A stretch of 64,000 bases of DNA from Macrostomum lignano. Its lineage: Eukaryota. The position numbers were made by a program, and so were the translations under genes. The DNA is taken from positions 1 to 64,000 of the forward strand of contig NIVC01000729.1 of NCBI GenBank assembly GCA_002269645.1. The letters run 5' to 3'. Positions within the stretch are counted from its first letter, which is position 1. Each line of letters begins with the position of its first letter. Below are positions 1-12,290 of this stretch, piece after piece. Under the pieces are notes generated by a model. That model searched no databases. It was not told where the DNA came from and saw only the letters and a list, made by a program, of their open reading frames with translations.

Positions 1-262
1 TTTTTCCCATGTAGGGCCAAGTTACCGAAAATTTTGTCACGCACCCCATCCCGCAATGGGATATTTTAATCTCCACCCCGTGCCAACTTGCTATCCCTCC
101 GTTTGCCTTTTTGCGTACCACATTTAATTGCATGTATTTTCATTACTCTGCCGTCGCTGGACCAGACGCGTTTCGTATGCTTTCCTTAATCTGGTCCAGC
201 GGCAAACTTTGCTCACGTTTACTTATAAAATGTGCGTCTGTTTGTGTTTACTTTTGGTTTAA

Positions 263-303
263 CCTCCTCCTCCTCCTCCTCCTCCTCCTCCTCCTCCTCC
301 TCC
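263..303. repeat. (CCT)n microsatellite
   Basis: Perfect CCT run; explains the poly-Leu ORF at 111..326. Confidence 0.95.
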
Positions 304-499
304 ACCTACTTTCCCTCCGTTTTTGACGCGTTAGTTTAATTCTGTACTCCTTTCTGCTTACTCTCTTAGTTTTATTTCATTTTAATTAATCGTCGCACCG
401 CGGCCCGCCGAAAATCATCCTCGTTAGTAATAATAATCTATTCATCCTGCCCAATAAATCCCAACAAATAAAGAAATAATATCGATACAATTCATTATA

Positions 500-925
500 A
501 ATTAATAGTTGACTTTAAGCCGTAGCTTATCTTGAATCTTTTGCCGGTGGGGCGTAAAATAACCAAGTTTCCTCAGCTAAAGAAAAGCTCCGAGACTTAT
601 CCGTTCCGTAATACGTAAATTACGGTGGTGGCAGCTCTACCCTAGGAAGTAATAAGCTCAGCAAAACGACACATTAATTACGGTGCCTACATTTCCGGTG
701 TTTTCATCGCTTTGAACGACCGCGCCGCTACACGACCGCTCCGCTACGAGTACGACTACCCTCCCCCCGGACTTGAGGACCCCGGCTGTCGGAGTAAAAG
801 GAGAAGATTACGTTGTGATTTGCCTGCGCGAAATTTCCTACTTTACTCGTGCGAACGCAACGCTACCGGGTTTACACGATAACCGGCCAACTTTCAACTT
901 TGTCAATTCTTCTCCACCCCCACCT
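500..925 (-). repeat. Dispersed repeat family X, copy 1
   Basis: Reverse complement matches 31150-31545 and 32274-32690 (shared blocks GCGTTGCGTTCGCACGA, TACTCCGAC..CCGGGGTC, GGGTAGAGCTGCCACCACCGTAATT). All copies share the terminus TGAGGTGGGG. Confidence 0.8.
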
Positions 926-1259
926 CAAACCCTACATGCTAATGGACAGACTGCGGAGGTCAATTTGGAAACAGGTAGGTCATTCCCTACTGCCCACTCC
1001 TGTCAAAAGTTCAACGCACACATCAATGTTAAATACTGCAACTCAGTCAAGTCAATCAAGTACATTTGCAAGTATGTCAACAAGGGCAGCGACCAGGCAG
1101 TGTTTGCCCTTGAAAGGCAAGGAGCTGAGCGCGATGAGGTGGCTTGCTATGAGAGTGGATGGTACATCAGTTCAAATGAAGCTGTGGCGAATTTTTGGTT
1201 TCTCAATTCATGAACACTACCCAACCGTAGTGCACCTCAGCGTGCACCTGGAGAATGGT

Positions 1260-3480
1260 ATATTTCCGCACTCTAAAGAGTGCGTCAATGGCAAAAGCAC
1301 GAGTGCGCGTAGCACGAGTAATACGAGACCATAGACAATTAAACCGAGACCAGTAATACGAGACCATAGACACTTAAACCAAAGATAGAATCACAAGCCC
1401 GAGTATCGTCGAAAGCTTTATTTCGTCAGATTTCAAAAGGGTTGTGCCATAGACATATGCATTCCTCGGAGTTTCGACGGACGCTGTAGCCGTTTTGTCT
1501 ACAGAAAGCAAATTCGAGCGAGAGAGTGAAGAAGTATTGGCACAGTCACTGGAGGTTATTGGCACCGACGAACAATTGGAGAAGCTACTGGCTACGGAGC
1601 CAGAGGCTTTATGTAACCTCGACAAGCTGGAGGAACTGGCTCAGCAGATGGCGAGAGAGAATGAGTCCAAGTCAAGCGTCTCCAAGGAAGTGGCGATCAT
1701 GAAGAGGTTCACTATCTGGTTGACTGATAACCATCTATGCTTGGACTTCAAGGAGGCTATAGCAGAGGAGATAGCTAAGTACGTCCGTTACTTCTATGCA
1801 AACCAGCGAAAACCTGATGGCACCTTTTATTCACCCAACACGATGGTTGGTATTCGAGCTGCTCTCTTTCGTTACCTTATGAAGTTACGTAGACTCAACA
1901 TCATTACTGATCCGACTTTCCACGCGGCTAATCTAATGATTAAGCATGTGTGCAACGCCTATCTGAAAAATGGAGGTTGAATCTGGCATTATAGAGCTAT
2001 CGAATCTGACGACATGAACAAGTTGGCTGCCTACTTCGACAGGTCTAGTCCTTTGCGTCTGCAGGAAGAGGTGTACTTTAATTTGTTGTACTATTTTGGC
2101 AATCAGGGCCGCGAATGGCTACGTGGAATTTCTGTGCAGTCATTCAGCAAGACGACATTTGCTGACGGCTCCGTGGCCATTGGTTTGCAATGTGGTACAT
2201 CTAAAAATGTTAGAGGTTCTACAGACATGAAGGAGTGCGACAACAACAAGGAAGCGATGATGGTGGCAATGCCAGTGGCATCAAATTGTCCAGTTGAGGC
2301 CTTTCTGCTGTATCAATCTAAGATCGCCGAGACTCTAGGATGGAACGGCCACGATTTTTTTTCAGAGGCCAAAGAATCGCATCAGCCCTGACGGTGTATG
2401 GTATACGAAACAGCCGGTTGGCGTGAACACATTAGGCCCCATGCTAAAGACGATCTCCGCTAATCCTCGGCTCTCCAAAATGTACACTGCGCACTGCGTC
2501 CGGCCGACGGTTGTTATAACCCTTCACGAAGCTGGTTTTCCAATGGAGACAATTGCAAAGGTTACTGAACATAAGGTGTGTGCCGAATATTACTTTTATG
2601 TATATAATGTACATTTTAATTTCTTATACGTGTGTATATAGAAAGACTTTATTTAATGTAGATTCATAAGTACACAATTCTGCAACAACACGCGTGCTCT
2701 CCAGGTATCTACGTCTGTGGAGCGTTATATCTGACGTGGGAAGAAGAGGCAGGCGACTATTGCCAGCATGAGCTGCCAACTCACGCGTGCGCTGACCGAC
2801 ACGGACAAGCCCAACTCTGGTGTACCGGCGGTTCCGGTTGATGCCTCTAGTAACGCGAAGCGCATTGAGAAGCATGGTGCTCCCGAAACGCTAACTTTCG
2901 GCCGCTTTAACGAGGAAAATGAAAGATCATTGCTAATGGTGAGACAAACACCGTTGAGTTTCATTTCGACTATTGCACTTTGTTTTGAGACTGAGTTAAA
3001 GCTACTAGGAAATATCGCTTTGCACGTTGGTGGTTTCACATACTTTCTTTTAGTACGCTAGTATATGTACGACTAGTATAGTTTGGTATAGTAATACAAG
3101 AGTATGATTATATAGTATTTGAATAACAATCTTAAAATGAGCTACAACTGTTCTTATTTGTTAGTTACTATTAATCAGCTGTTAATTAGCTAGATCACAG
3201 TGAATTCGTGCTTTAGTCTATATACCTATTTAATTGAATTGCACATTGCTGCTAATATTGAAACCTTATAATTTTCATACGAGGTGTGCGTAATGAGAAT
3301 TTAAATGAACTAAATATACTGTATAATTAATGTTCTGTTTTCTTTATAGTGCAAGAATCGCACATCATTCCTGCACTGATTTTCTACTTGATTTCAATGG
3401 CGTTTTTACCATAGACAGTTGCATTCCGGCACGCGAACGAGTGCGGGAATGACATTCCTGCGCGCTGAATCCGATAACAC
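1260..3480 (+). mobile_element. Crypton-like DNA transposon (tyrosine recombinase), 2221 bp
   Basis: Flanked by TGGT direct repeats (1256-1259, 3481-3484). Removing it restores the Helitron codons HLENG|QRVYF. Subterminal inverted motif TTTCCGCACTC (left) / GAGTGCGGGAA (~3440); 28-bp direct repeat at ~1318 and ~1352. Confidence 0.85.
1495..2800 (+). pseudogene. Crypton tyrosine recombinase (DUF3504/ZMYM-KCTD1-like), degraded
   Basis: FYANQRKPDGTFYSPNTMVGIRAALFRYL, YFNLLYYFGNQGRE, CPVEAFLLY, FQRP..WYTKQPVGVNTLGPMLKTIS..YTAHCVR..HK. A GT-AG intron at 2576-2704 leads to VSTSVERY (catalytic Tyr). In-frame TGA at 1978, frameshift in the T-run at ~2355, TGA at ~2732. Confidence 0.85.
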
Positions 3481-4098
3481 TGGTCAAAGAGTGTACTTCA
3501 CCAAGGAAAACATGGTGCAGCAAGGTCAGCGACCACCGAACACTCCACCTTGAGGCAACAATTGTGACAGGATCCGGCAAAGGGCAGTTTGTGTTTATTC
3601 CAAGAATTCCAATTATTCCATTAGACCTGTCTTTTCAATTCAAGCGAGTATAGTTCCCAGTGAAGGTCTGCTTTGCCATGACCATAAACAAAGTTCAAGG
3701 ACAGTCGCTAAAGGTAGCCGGAATCAACTTGGAATCACCCTGCTTCTCACATGGCGGACTTTATATTGCATGCTCACGCGTTGGAACTCCAGCTAGCCTC
3801 TTCATCCTTGCTCTCAGGGTGAGAACAAATGAATCCGGTGTATCCTTAGGCACAGCAATAAACATCTGTGAAAGTTGTTACAACTGAACTATATTCACTT
3901 CACTGACATGAGTGTATCTTTAAACTGAAATTTTCTCTATTTATTAATTTTATTAAGAGCTACATTTACCAGCAGCAGACGTACCAAGTTCCCCTATTTA
4001 ATTTTTTTTCTAGCTAAGTTTTTTGAAACTTTTGTGCCGGAGTGGACGAACCACAGAACACGAACTCAAGTACTATTTTTGCTGTGTGACGTAGCAAG

Positions 4099-4795
4099 TG
4101 TGACGTAGTCAGTTTAAGGTGGTCCCGCAAAAGGGCCGTTGGACTACAATTTCACTACAATTGGTGGTAATCATTGGTGCTAATCATTGCGTACATTGTA
4201 ATCTTTGCGTACGTCTGTAGGGTCTCGCGCGATTAATAATTTCAGTTCTCGCTTTTCCCCCGCCAGCCAATGATAACTCTCCGCATTTATTATGCTAACC
4301 TCCCTGCGCTCCTTTATTAACCCCGCCTGGCGGCGGGCTGGGGGGGGGGGTTTCACCCCTTCCTTCCTTTCCTTCTTTCCCTCTCGCTTGTCTCTCCTTA
4401 TCTCTCGCCACGGCCCCACCCTGTCTGGGCCAGACTTGTTAACGCATTCGTGCTCCACCTTGTACTGCCACGGCTAGCGCCCAATCACGCCACTACTTGT
4501 CTACTTGTACTCACCGCCACCACCGTACTCAGCTTTATCACTTGCTACTTTGTTTCACCATCATCCATCATCTGCTTGACTTCATAACTTAAATTACATC
4601 AACCCGTTGTTGCAGCCGCCAGTGCCCCAGAACGCTATAACTCTTGTATTGACATTAATCGTATTGACAAACGACAATAAACAGTTTACGGCAGTCCTCT
4701 GCCATCATACGCCAAGTGCTACCGCTACACAATCCACTCCGCAAGAGTTGACTTCACCATTAATTTGGGACTACAACGACTACAAAACCGTGACA
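4099..4795 (+). mobile_element. Solo LTR (697 bp), 4-bp TSD
   Basis: TGTGACG...CGTGACA termini, CAAG at 4095-4098 and 4796-4799, AATAAA at ~4677. A second truncated copy lies at 35730-36325. Confidence 0.75.
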
Positions 4796-6919
4796 CAAGA
4801 GTCAAGTACTGTTCCCTCCAGACTGGACTAGAACTAGAATATTGATTTGCAAAGAAACTTGGTAGAATAAAGCTTGGTACTTCTACTGTTAATTTGCTGC
4901 TTCAATACTAAAATATATTATTTTATCACTCCCCAAATATGTTCCTTATTGGTTTAGCTATTGTCCTGCATATTTACTCTGCTTAGTTTCTCTTGAATAC
5001 TTAAAGAGTACAATTTTTTCACTTAGTCTTAGACAGCAACTGCTGCACCGCTTTTTTGTTGTTATGCTTGAAAGCAACATATTACTTAAACATATTACAA
5101 CATATTACTTAAACAACATCCTTACTTAAAAATATTCAGATAGATTCTATACTGTCCTGCTGTAAGCATTTGTGTAGTCTTAGATTCTATTCTGTTCTGT
5201 TTTATTCTATTCTAGAAATATACTTTTTAATACACATTTATATCAAGTTTCGTTTACACCTTCTATACTAACTATTAAGTCTTTTTGTATGACTTCATAT
5301 TTTAGAATAAATGCAAAAATAGTTCCGGGGATTGGAGTTTCCCAGGTTCAAAATCCGCAGGTTTTAACAGCTTGTTATGTCCAGTCTCTACAATTGATTT
5401 TCAATTTAATGGCTGCTAATCTATTAAATCTATTAATCTATTAATTTAACCAAAAGTCATTAATATTATCATAGTATATTAGGCCTACAAGAAAAGTTTG
5501 ATGCATAATCTAAGCAACAAGGTATTGATTGTGCATTAGGCTGGACCTTATTTGCTTTATTTTGTTAATATATATCTACAACAAAAGCTAAAGAAAATGT
5601 TCTTTGGTTAATATAATTCTATAATATGGGATCTATCTCCCTAAGATTAACAGATCTCTATCTCCCTAAGATTAACAGATCTACACTACTGTCAAGAATG
5701 TATCCAGTGTACGCCAGAGTTTTTTAGTGCAAAATTTGTATATACCAAATACACCAAAAAGTATAAACGTGACTGATATATATGCCAAAATTTCAAAATT
5801 ATGCAACCCTATTTCTGCACTGCAACAATAAATGACCTTTTTGCATTGCTATATTTGACATTTACACATACACAATAACAAAATAAGTGTCAAGTCTATT
5901 TCTCCTTTATAAAAACTTGCAATTATACAAAGTTAGTGTCAGATTTCCATCCTCTAAATAATTTGTACTAGTGCTAATTATATACCTATATGATAATATG
6001 CTCGAATTTTCTTTCTATGTAATAGCTGTATAATCGAATAATATTGTAGCCTTTCTTAGAAATCAAATTACGCGAAACGCTAAATAATAGTTTTGTGGTA
6101 GGCGCGGGCACGGCCTCCCACTGCGCGTAATCCACCGGCTGGATGACTCAATGAACCGTTATTCCCGGCGTGGAAATCTGTGACACTCAATGTAACTTTC
6201 CTTCCCACCCCCTGGCTTAGTTTTGTTTTTCCGTGCTTTTCCCTGGGATCCACCCGGTGCTATTTTCGTCACCACCCGGTGTAGCTCGTACCCGATCTTT
6301 TCCATTTGATGTGGCCGCAGCCTTCTGCTGAAAGCATAGGGCCGCAGTCACATCTTAGGCACTGCTGTCCGCTGCTAGTATCTGGAATAGGAATTTTTCT
6401 GCTGCCTCCATGCACTCTAAGCAGCCTTCCTTGGCGCTCAGAAGTTGCACAATATGGCGCAATCTTCAACATAGGAAATTAGGAAGTTTTGCCTAGCCTA
6501 GGGTTAGTTAGTGGAAGCCGCCAAATTTGGCGCTTACCTGTACTGTTGTTGCCTGGCCTGCCGCGTACAATCGCTCAGTGTACGCAAGTCTAGTTAGCCG
6601 CACTCCTCCCCTTGTGCGCTCTCTGGACCCTCTCCCCTTCTGCTCTCTCGTTCCTCCTGCGTCCGAGCCTCTCCCCATGCGTCATCCTATTTTTAGACTG
6701 ACGGTTTCGCGGACCCCGTGTCCCGAGCTGAACCCTCTCTCACGTGCGTGCTGCCTTGTGCGCACAAGCCCAAATTTGGCATGCTATTGTCACTGGTGGC
6801 TTGAGGCGACTGTCGGCGCTTCGTACAAGCTACTTTCTCCCCCCATGTTTAATCAATCTGTTGTGCATCATTATCCGCACTTTTCGGCTGCAGTTCCATG
6901 GTCAAGCCCTTAGTGTTAA

Positions 6920-9690
6920 GTGCAACTAGAGCTAAATGCGCGTGACCTGATGTCTGCCACGGCAACGCCGGAGGATACAATGCGCTGGATGGCCAAGGTT
7001 GGGCTTATCGGCAACCAACGTACATGCTCCTGTCCAGCCCAGACCCCCATGAACCTGCAGCGTCGAACTGGTGATCGCTTCGTAGATGGCTGGGCCTGGG
7101 ACTGCAAGACTTGCCGCAGTCAGCAAAGCATCAGGAAGGACTCTTTCTTCGAGCGTAGTCACCTGACATTGCAGCAGCTTGTCACCTTGCTGTACTGCTG
7201 GTCCAGGAATGAGACCAAGATGGCCGTGATGCACGAGTGTCGCATTAGCGATCATATGGCTGTGGACTGGCTTAACTTTGTCAGGGACATTTGCTGCCAG
7301 TACTTCATTGACCACCCGATGCAACTTGGTGGACTTGGCACTACTGTTGCAATCGATGAAAGCAATTTTTTTCATTGCAAATACCAGCAGGGTGCATACC
7401 GTGAGGGTCATTGGGTCCTTGGCATGGTAGAAAGGGGTAGCCTCAAGTGTGTGATGGTTGTTGTGCCTGATAGGTCTGCTCAGACACTGCTTCCTATAAT
7501 CCAGCAGTTTGTCCTGCCCACAGATACTATAAACACTAGATAGGCCACTCAGGCTAATTTTCTGGGCAAGTTTTTTATTTTAATTTCTGCTTAGTAGCAA
7601 TGAAAGGAAGCAACAGTACTATTTGCTAAATTAGACAAATCGAGTGACTGTTTTTTGAGACATCGTTTTGCTAACGCCATAAACAACTAACTTGTTTTGT
7701 GCAGTAATGGTGTACATTAAGACACGACAGACAGTGTACAATGCCGCCATCTTTCAAAGTGGAGGAAGGGGGGTAGTCAGGAATAGGATTAATATCAGTT
7801 TCGTATAAGGCAGGGTGAGTGGATCGATAATTTAGACCCACTGGTGGTGGGATAGAAGATAAAGGACTGCACATAGCTAGCCTGGGTTAGGTGTGGGGGT
7901 TGAGAGGTTGTGGGTTAGAAAATTTGGGGGTGGCCAATCGTGCATTAAATACAAGCTTATATAGATAAACAGGACAAGAGTCAGAGTTAAAGAAAGTTCA
8001 AGTGCATACTAGCTTTTTTATCAAATCTCGTACTCGTAGAAATGTTTTGATTCGAACCACTGCTGTGCTCCCACTTGCACGAGCTCTGTGCTATTAACAT
8101 CCGAGAAGGAAAATCTGTTGCGAATGCATAAATTACCAAAAGATGACACTGGCGAAGCGCTGGCAGCAGCTACTGCAGGAGCGTGGATATTGACCTTTAT
8201 AAACAATTAAATCACGGGGCCTACGTGTGTTCAGCTTGCACTTTATGGACGAGGCCTACTGCTGCCTTACAAAGTGCCACGGCAAGACATCTGTTTTCGC
8301 TGGGATGCAATCCCACACCAAGAGTTGATGCTGTTATTGCTGCCTCGGCTCGTTCAAAAAGACCAGCTACCCTCTGTGCAAAGGACTGATAAACGATGAA
8401 GAGGCAGACGACATGTACCCTCCAGTGCTGGGGCCAATTAGCAATCTATCTGCAGCCGAGCCTGCGACTTGCCTGCTGCCAGTGCTGTGGCAGAGCAACC
8501 TTCGGCTACCAGATTCTGCGCCAAGAACAGCTGTTGCGGCTGAAAGCTCTCACCTCTGCAGCCGATTTGCGGGTTCCAAGCGCTAGAGGCAACGATCAAG
8601 CGGCTGCAGCAACGATCCCGAAAGTGACAGGCAAATCAAGCGGCTGCAGTGGCGATCCCAAAAGCGACAGGCAAATCAAGCGGCTGCAGAAGCAACTCTC
8701 GATGGTCAAGGCAAGTGCAGCGCAGTCGTGCATCCATGGACTGTAGAGGCGTGGCTAGCGCAGCTTCCAGCGGTCGACTGGGCGCTCGCAGTCAGGGGTG
8801 CTCTGGTCAAAGGATGTCATCTCATTAGCAGCTCATTGCAGCTGCACCACAAAAGTCCTGCTGCCTATGAAGCTTATCGGCTGCCTGTTACAAAACCACT
8901 GAGGATTGGCTCTCCATTGGATACATCCCTGGACCTTGAAGAGGCGCATTCGCCAGTTTTTTCATCTGTTGGGCCGTGCTGAATGCTGCCTCTGAACAAA
9001 GGCAACTGGCGACCCAGTGCTTCGACAGCACGCTGCGAAAGTTTCACAAACAGATGAGCTGATTAAGATAAGAAATCTTTCTATTTTGCTACACGAATAT
9101 GGAGTATATGATATAGCTCGTATTTGCTATACATAGTTGACTGGAATAATATAGCCTTCAATGCAATCTAAAGCATTCACAATATTGCTTTGAATTGTAG
9201 AAAGTATAATTATAAATTTATTTTTGCAAATACAATCAATACAATTGCTGCATTGCATTCATTGTTTTTTATTTAAAAAATTTTAATAACGCTAAAATTC
9301 TTTTACTACTACTAAGCAGAAAGTAGAGTAAACTGTCGTGTTGTGAAAATTAGCTGGAGTGGCCTATCTAGTGTTTATAGTATCTGTGGTCCTGCCTGGC
9401 ACATGGGTCTTGACTGATGGTTGGCAAGCCTACAACCAAGTGGCAAATATAGTTGGTGGCCACGTAGACCACGGTGTCGTGAACCATTGACTCTATTTCG
9501 TGGACCCAAATGATGTGACTCTCCACACCAACACAATTGAGGGAACGTGGGCACATTGCAAGGCCAAATTCAGGGCCATGCATGGAACAAGCAATGCCCT
9601 CTTTGAGGGCCACATCTAGGAGTTTATGTGGCACCAACTGTTTGGAGCAAATAAGGCTTTTGGAAACATGCTTTTCTAAATTTGCCACTA
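6920..9690 (+). pseudogene. Merlin (IS1595/IS1016-like) DDE transposase, interrupted by a P-type element
   Basis: 6920-7518 encodes a zinc ribbon (RTCSC..WDCKTC), SIRKDSFFERSHLTL, VAIDES, GHWVLGMVERG, VPDRSAQTLLPIIQQFVL. It resumes at 9389 with VLPGTWVLTDGWQAY..VNH..FVDP..HTNTIEGTW..EFMW; the C-terminal half has stops. Element termini were not resolved. Confidence 0.9.
7519..9388 (+). mobile_element. P-superfamily (THAP) DNA transposon, internally deleted, 1870 bp
   Basis: ~43-bp TIRs CACAGATACTATAAACACTAGATAGGCCACTC.., 8-bp TSD GTCCTGCC (7511-7518, 9389-9396). A frameshifted THAP domain at ~8050-8330 (HCCAPTC..HKLPKD..KRW..VCS.HF) is followed by LQLHHKSPAAYEAYRLP..LR.WLS..IPG, typical of P/THAP9 transposases. 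Confidence 0.9.
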
Positions 9691-11660
9691 CTACAGTGCT
9701 CAGTGACAAGCTCTGTATCCGCCACTAGAACACAATGACGAGTTGGCAAGTTTGGCAACCAGGGAGCTAAAAACTCTGCCACAATCGTTACCAGACTCCA
9801 GATGGTATACATGTACGCCGGAATTTTCCAGCATACAGGGGGACCTAGATTACACATAGGCGTACAACTTGGCGTACAAAGGCGCCTGGCATGCCCTATT
9901 GGCATACGGCTTGGCGTATAGAGATTGCCAAGACCAGCAGGTGGGACCAAAAGTTCTGAGTCCTAACAATTAATCTACATAATTAGCATGCAAAAATGAT
10001 TAAGTTTGCATTTGGCATAGTTTCCATGTACATAGTTACAGTAGCTAAATTTTAATCAGAACGAATGTCCGGCCCATTACAAAAAAAAGGCAATTAAATT
10101 TAAAAAACTGGGTTTAACCTTTCCAAGAAAGTGAAAGTAATACAAAAATAGTTAATTTTTATTTTGGCATATTTTTGTATGCAATAAAAAGTTTGTTGGC
10201 ATACATTGGCATACATGAGCTACGGAAGCTATTTTCGTTCCGGCATACAGTGGTACACAATCCTGACCCTGGAATTGTTAGAATGGTCTAAAACATCAAT
10301 TTTTTTGTTGTTATTGTTTTCTGGTTTTAAACTTTCAAATTTAAACGAAAAATAATTTTGCATACGAAACTGCACTTTTGCCACAATTTGGAATAGGCCT
10401 ATCAAAATTGAAATCAAATTTCAAAGCTAAAATGTATTGTAGTGTTCTGCCGTAATTATGGCTACGGCTACGGCAAATTATGGCTATGACACTTTTGAAG
10501 CCATTTTTCATTATGGATTACGGTTACGGACATATTTTGAGCTTACAGTTACGGTTACGGATTACGGAGATTTTTTTAGACTTGCCGTAATTGGTAGCCA
10601 TAACAAAAAAAAAGTTTTTAACTGTTTATTGTTATAAAAGAAAATTTTTATATCAACTTCAACCAGTTTTCATTTTGTTTTACTAGTTATTATTATTTTT
10701 TATATTTGTTAAGTTTCTAAACATCTACAAAACTTTTTGAAACCGAAAAACGAATTTTTTCCTGAATTTTCTCATTAGGCATATGGCATAGCATAGAATA
10801 GTGATAGCATGATAGCAGCGAGACAGAGAGAGCCAGTCAAAGCCTGCAAGAGACTAAGAATCTGGCATTCTTATTTCTTAGCCATACCCAGTGGAAAAAA
10901 ATATCCGGGCGACGTCGTACGACGTCCGCCCCGAGTCGCCCCAAAATTTCTGAATAAAAATCCGGGATGCTTTAAAATAGTTTTTTAAGTTCGTAGAGCG
11001 AAGACAGAATAAGTAAACATGTCATATTTTCGTAAATGCTTGTGCTTTAGGTTTTGTGTCTTACAATCCGCCCTCAAGTTCGCCCACCGGACGCTAGAAG
11101 ACGCTAGTTTTGTATTCGCATAATAGGGTCTATTTTAAGCGTTTCAATTAGCAGCATTCTATGAGCACAGAAGGGCCTAACTGTGGTGCTTAAGTTTTCA
11201 TTTTTGTGCAGGCATTTAATTCTTAATGTTTCACTAATTCTTAATTCATCCATGATGGACCTTGAAATTAGAAAATTTCATGACATAGTAAGGCAACACT
11301 TAAAATATACGCATTTCACTACTTTGCTGTGTGAAAAGTAGTATCGCGTGTGTCTCGACACTTACGCTTGAAGACAATAGCAATATAGTTTTACGTATAG
11401 GACTTTCTGGAATTAAAGACCTGATGGTAAAGACCGACTCTTTCTCTTTGCAAGAGAAAACGGCAGCAGTTTGTCACACGTTGACTAGACATCCGCCATA
11501 GCTATAAGACAGACATTGCATCATATTAAATATTAGTTGGGGCTGAGGTTTAGATTTCATTTACATTTCAAAGTCAGTCATTTTACTCATCCACGTTTTC
11601 ATCGTTTCAGATTGCTCTCATAGACGGCTATCAGTGGCGGCTGGCGGGACTGACTATTAA

Positions 11661-12057
11661 GCTAATGTGACTAGACTAATCTGACTAGACTAATCTGACT
11701 AGATTAATGTGACTAGACTAATGTGACTAGACTAATCTGACTAGACTAATCTGACTAGACTAATCTGACTAGACTAATGTGACTACACTAATCTGACTAG
11801 ACTAATCTGACTAGACTAATGTGACTAGATTAATGTGACTAGACTAATGTGACTAGACTAATCTGACTAGACTAATCTGACTAGACTAATCTGACTAGAC
11901 TAATGTAACTACACTAATCTGACTAGACTAATCTGACTAGACTAATGCGACTAGACTAATGTGACTAGATTAATCTGACTAGATTAATGTGACTAGACTA
12001 ATGTGACTAGACTAATCGGACTAGACTAATCTGACTAGACTAATCTGACTAGACTAA
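11661..12057. repeat. 14-bp minisatellite (GACTAGACTAAT(C/G)T)n
   Basis: About 28 tandem units. Confidence 0.95.
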
Positions 12058-12169
12058 AAGGTTAATAAGTTCGAGTGGAAATCATTTGAAATCATAAAAC
12101 CAACTCAGTCGTGTAGGAAATCATTTCTAGATTGATTTTCAATTGAATCCGACTCGATAAACTCGATCA

Positions 12170-12290
12170 CTCTGTTCTCGCTGTTCTCTCTCACTCTGTT
12201 CTCTCTCACTCTGTTCTCTCTCACTCTGTTCTCTCTCACTCTGTTCACTCTGTTCTCGCTGTTCTCTCTCACTCTGTTCTCTCTCACTCT
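12170..12290. repeat. CTCTGTTCTCTCTCA-type tandem repeat
   Basis: About 8 imperfect 13-15 bp units. Confidence 0.9.

Larger units (their letters stand above)
930..3855 (+). pseudogene. Helitron Rep/helicase remnant, internally deleted, split by a Crypton insertion
   Basis: ~950-1259 encodes NR*VIPYCPLL..FNAHINV..SIKYICKYVNKGSD..WRIFGFSIHEHYPTVVHLSVHLENG (Rep YxxKY motif). It resumes at 3485 with QRVYFTKEN..RPPNT, then jumps to the Pif1-helicase C-terminus ([52 protein letters not shown]). Stops and frameshifts are present. Confidence 0.92.
5687..10271. mobile_element. Possible old TIR element (hAT-like ends) enclosing the Merlin element
   Basis: Degenerate inverted termini GTCAAGAATGTATCCAGTGTACGCCAGA (5691) vs rc GTCAGGATTGTGTACCACTGTATGCCGGA (~10240-10268), with repeated GGCRTAC motifs at 9810-10250. 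No TSD found. Confidence 0.35.

Noticed and set aside
6495-9795. Candidate Merlin TIRs (GGTTAG.. at ~6502, ..GTTACC at ~9792)
   Set aside because: Only weak similarity and no matching 8-9 bp TSD, so boundaries are left undefined.
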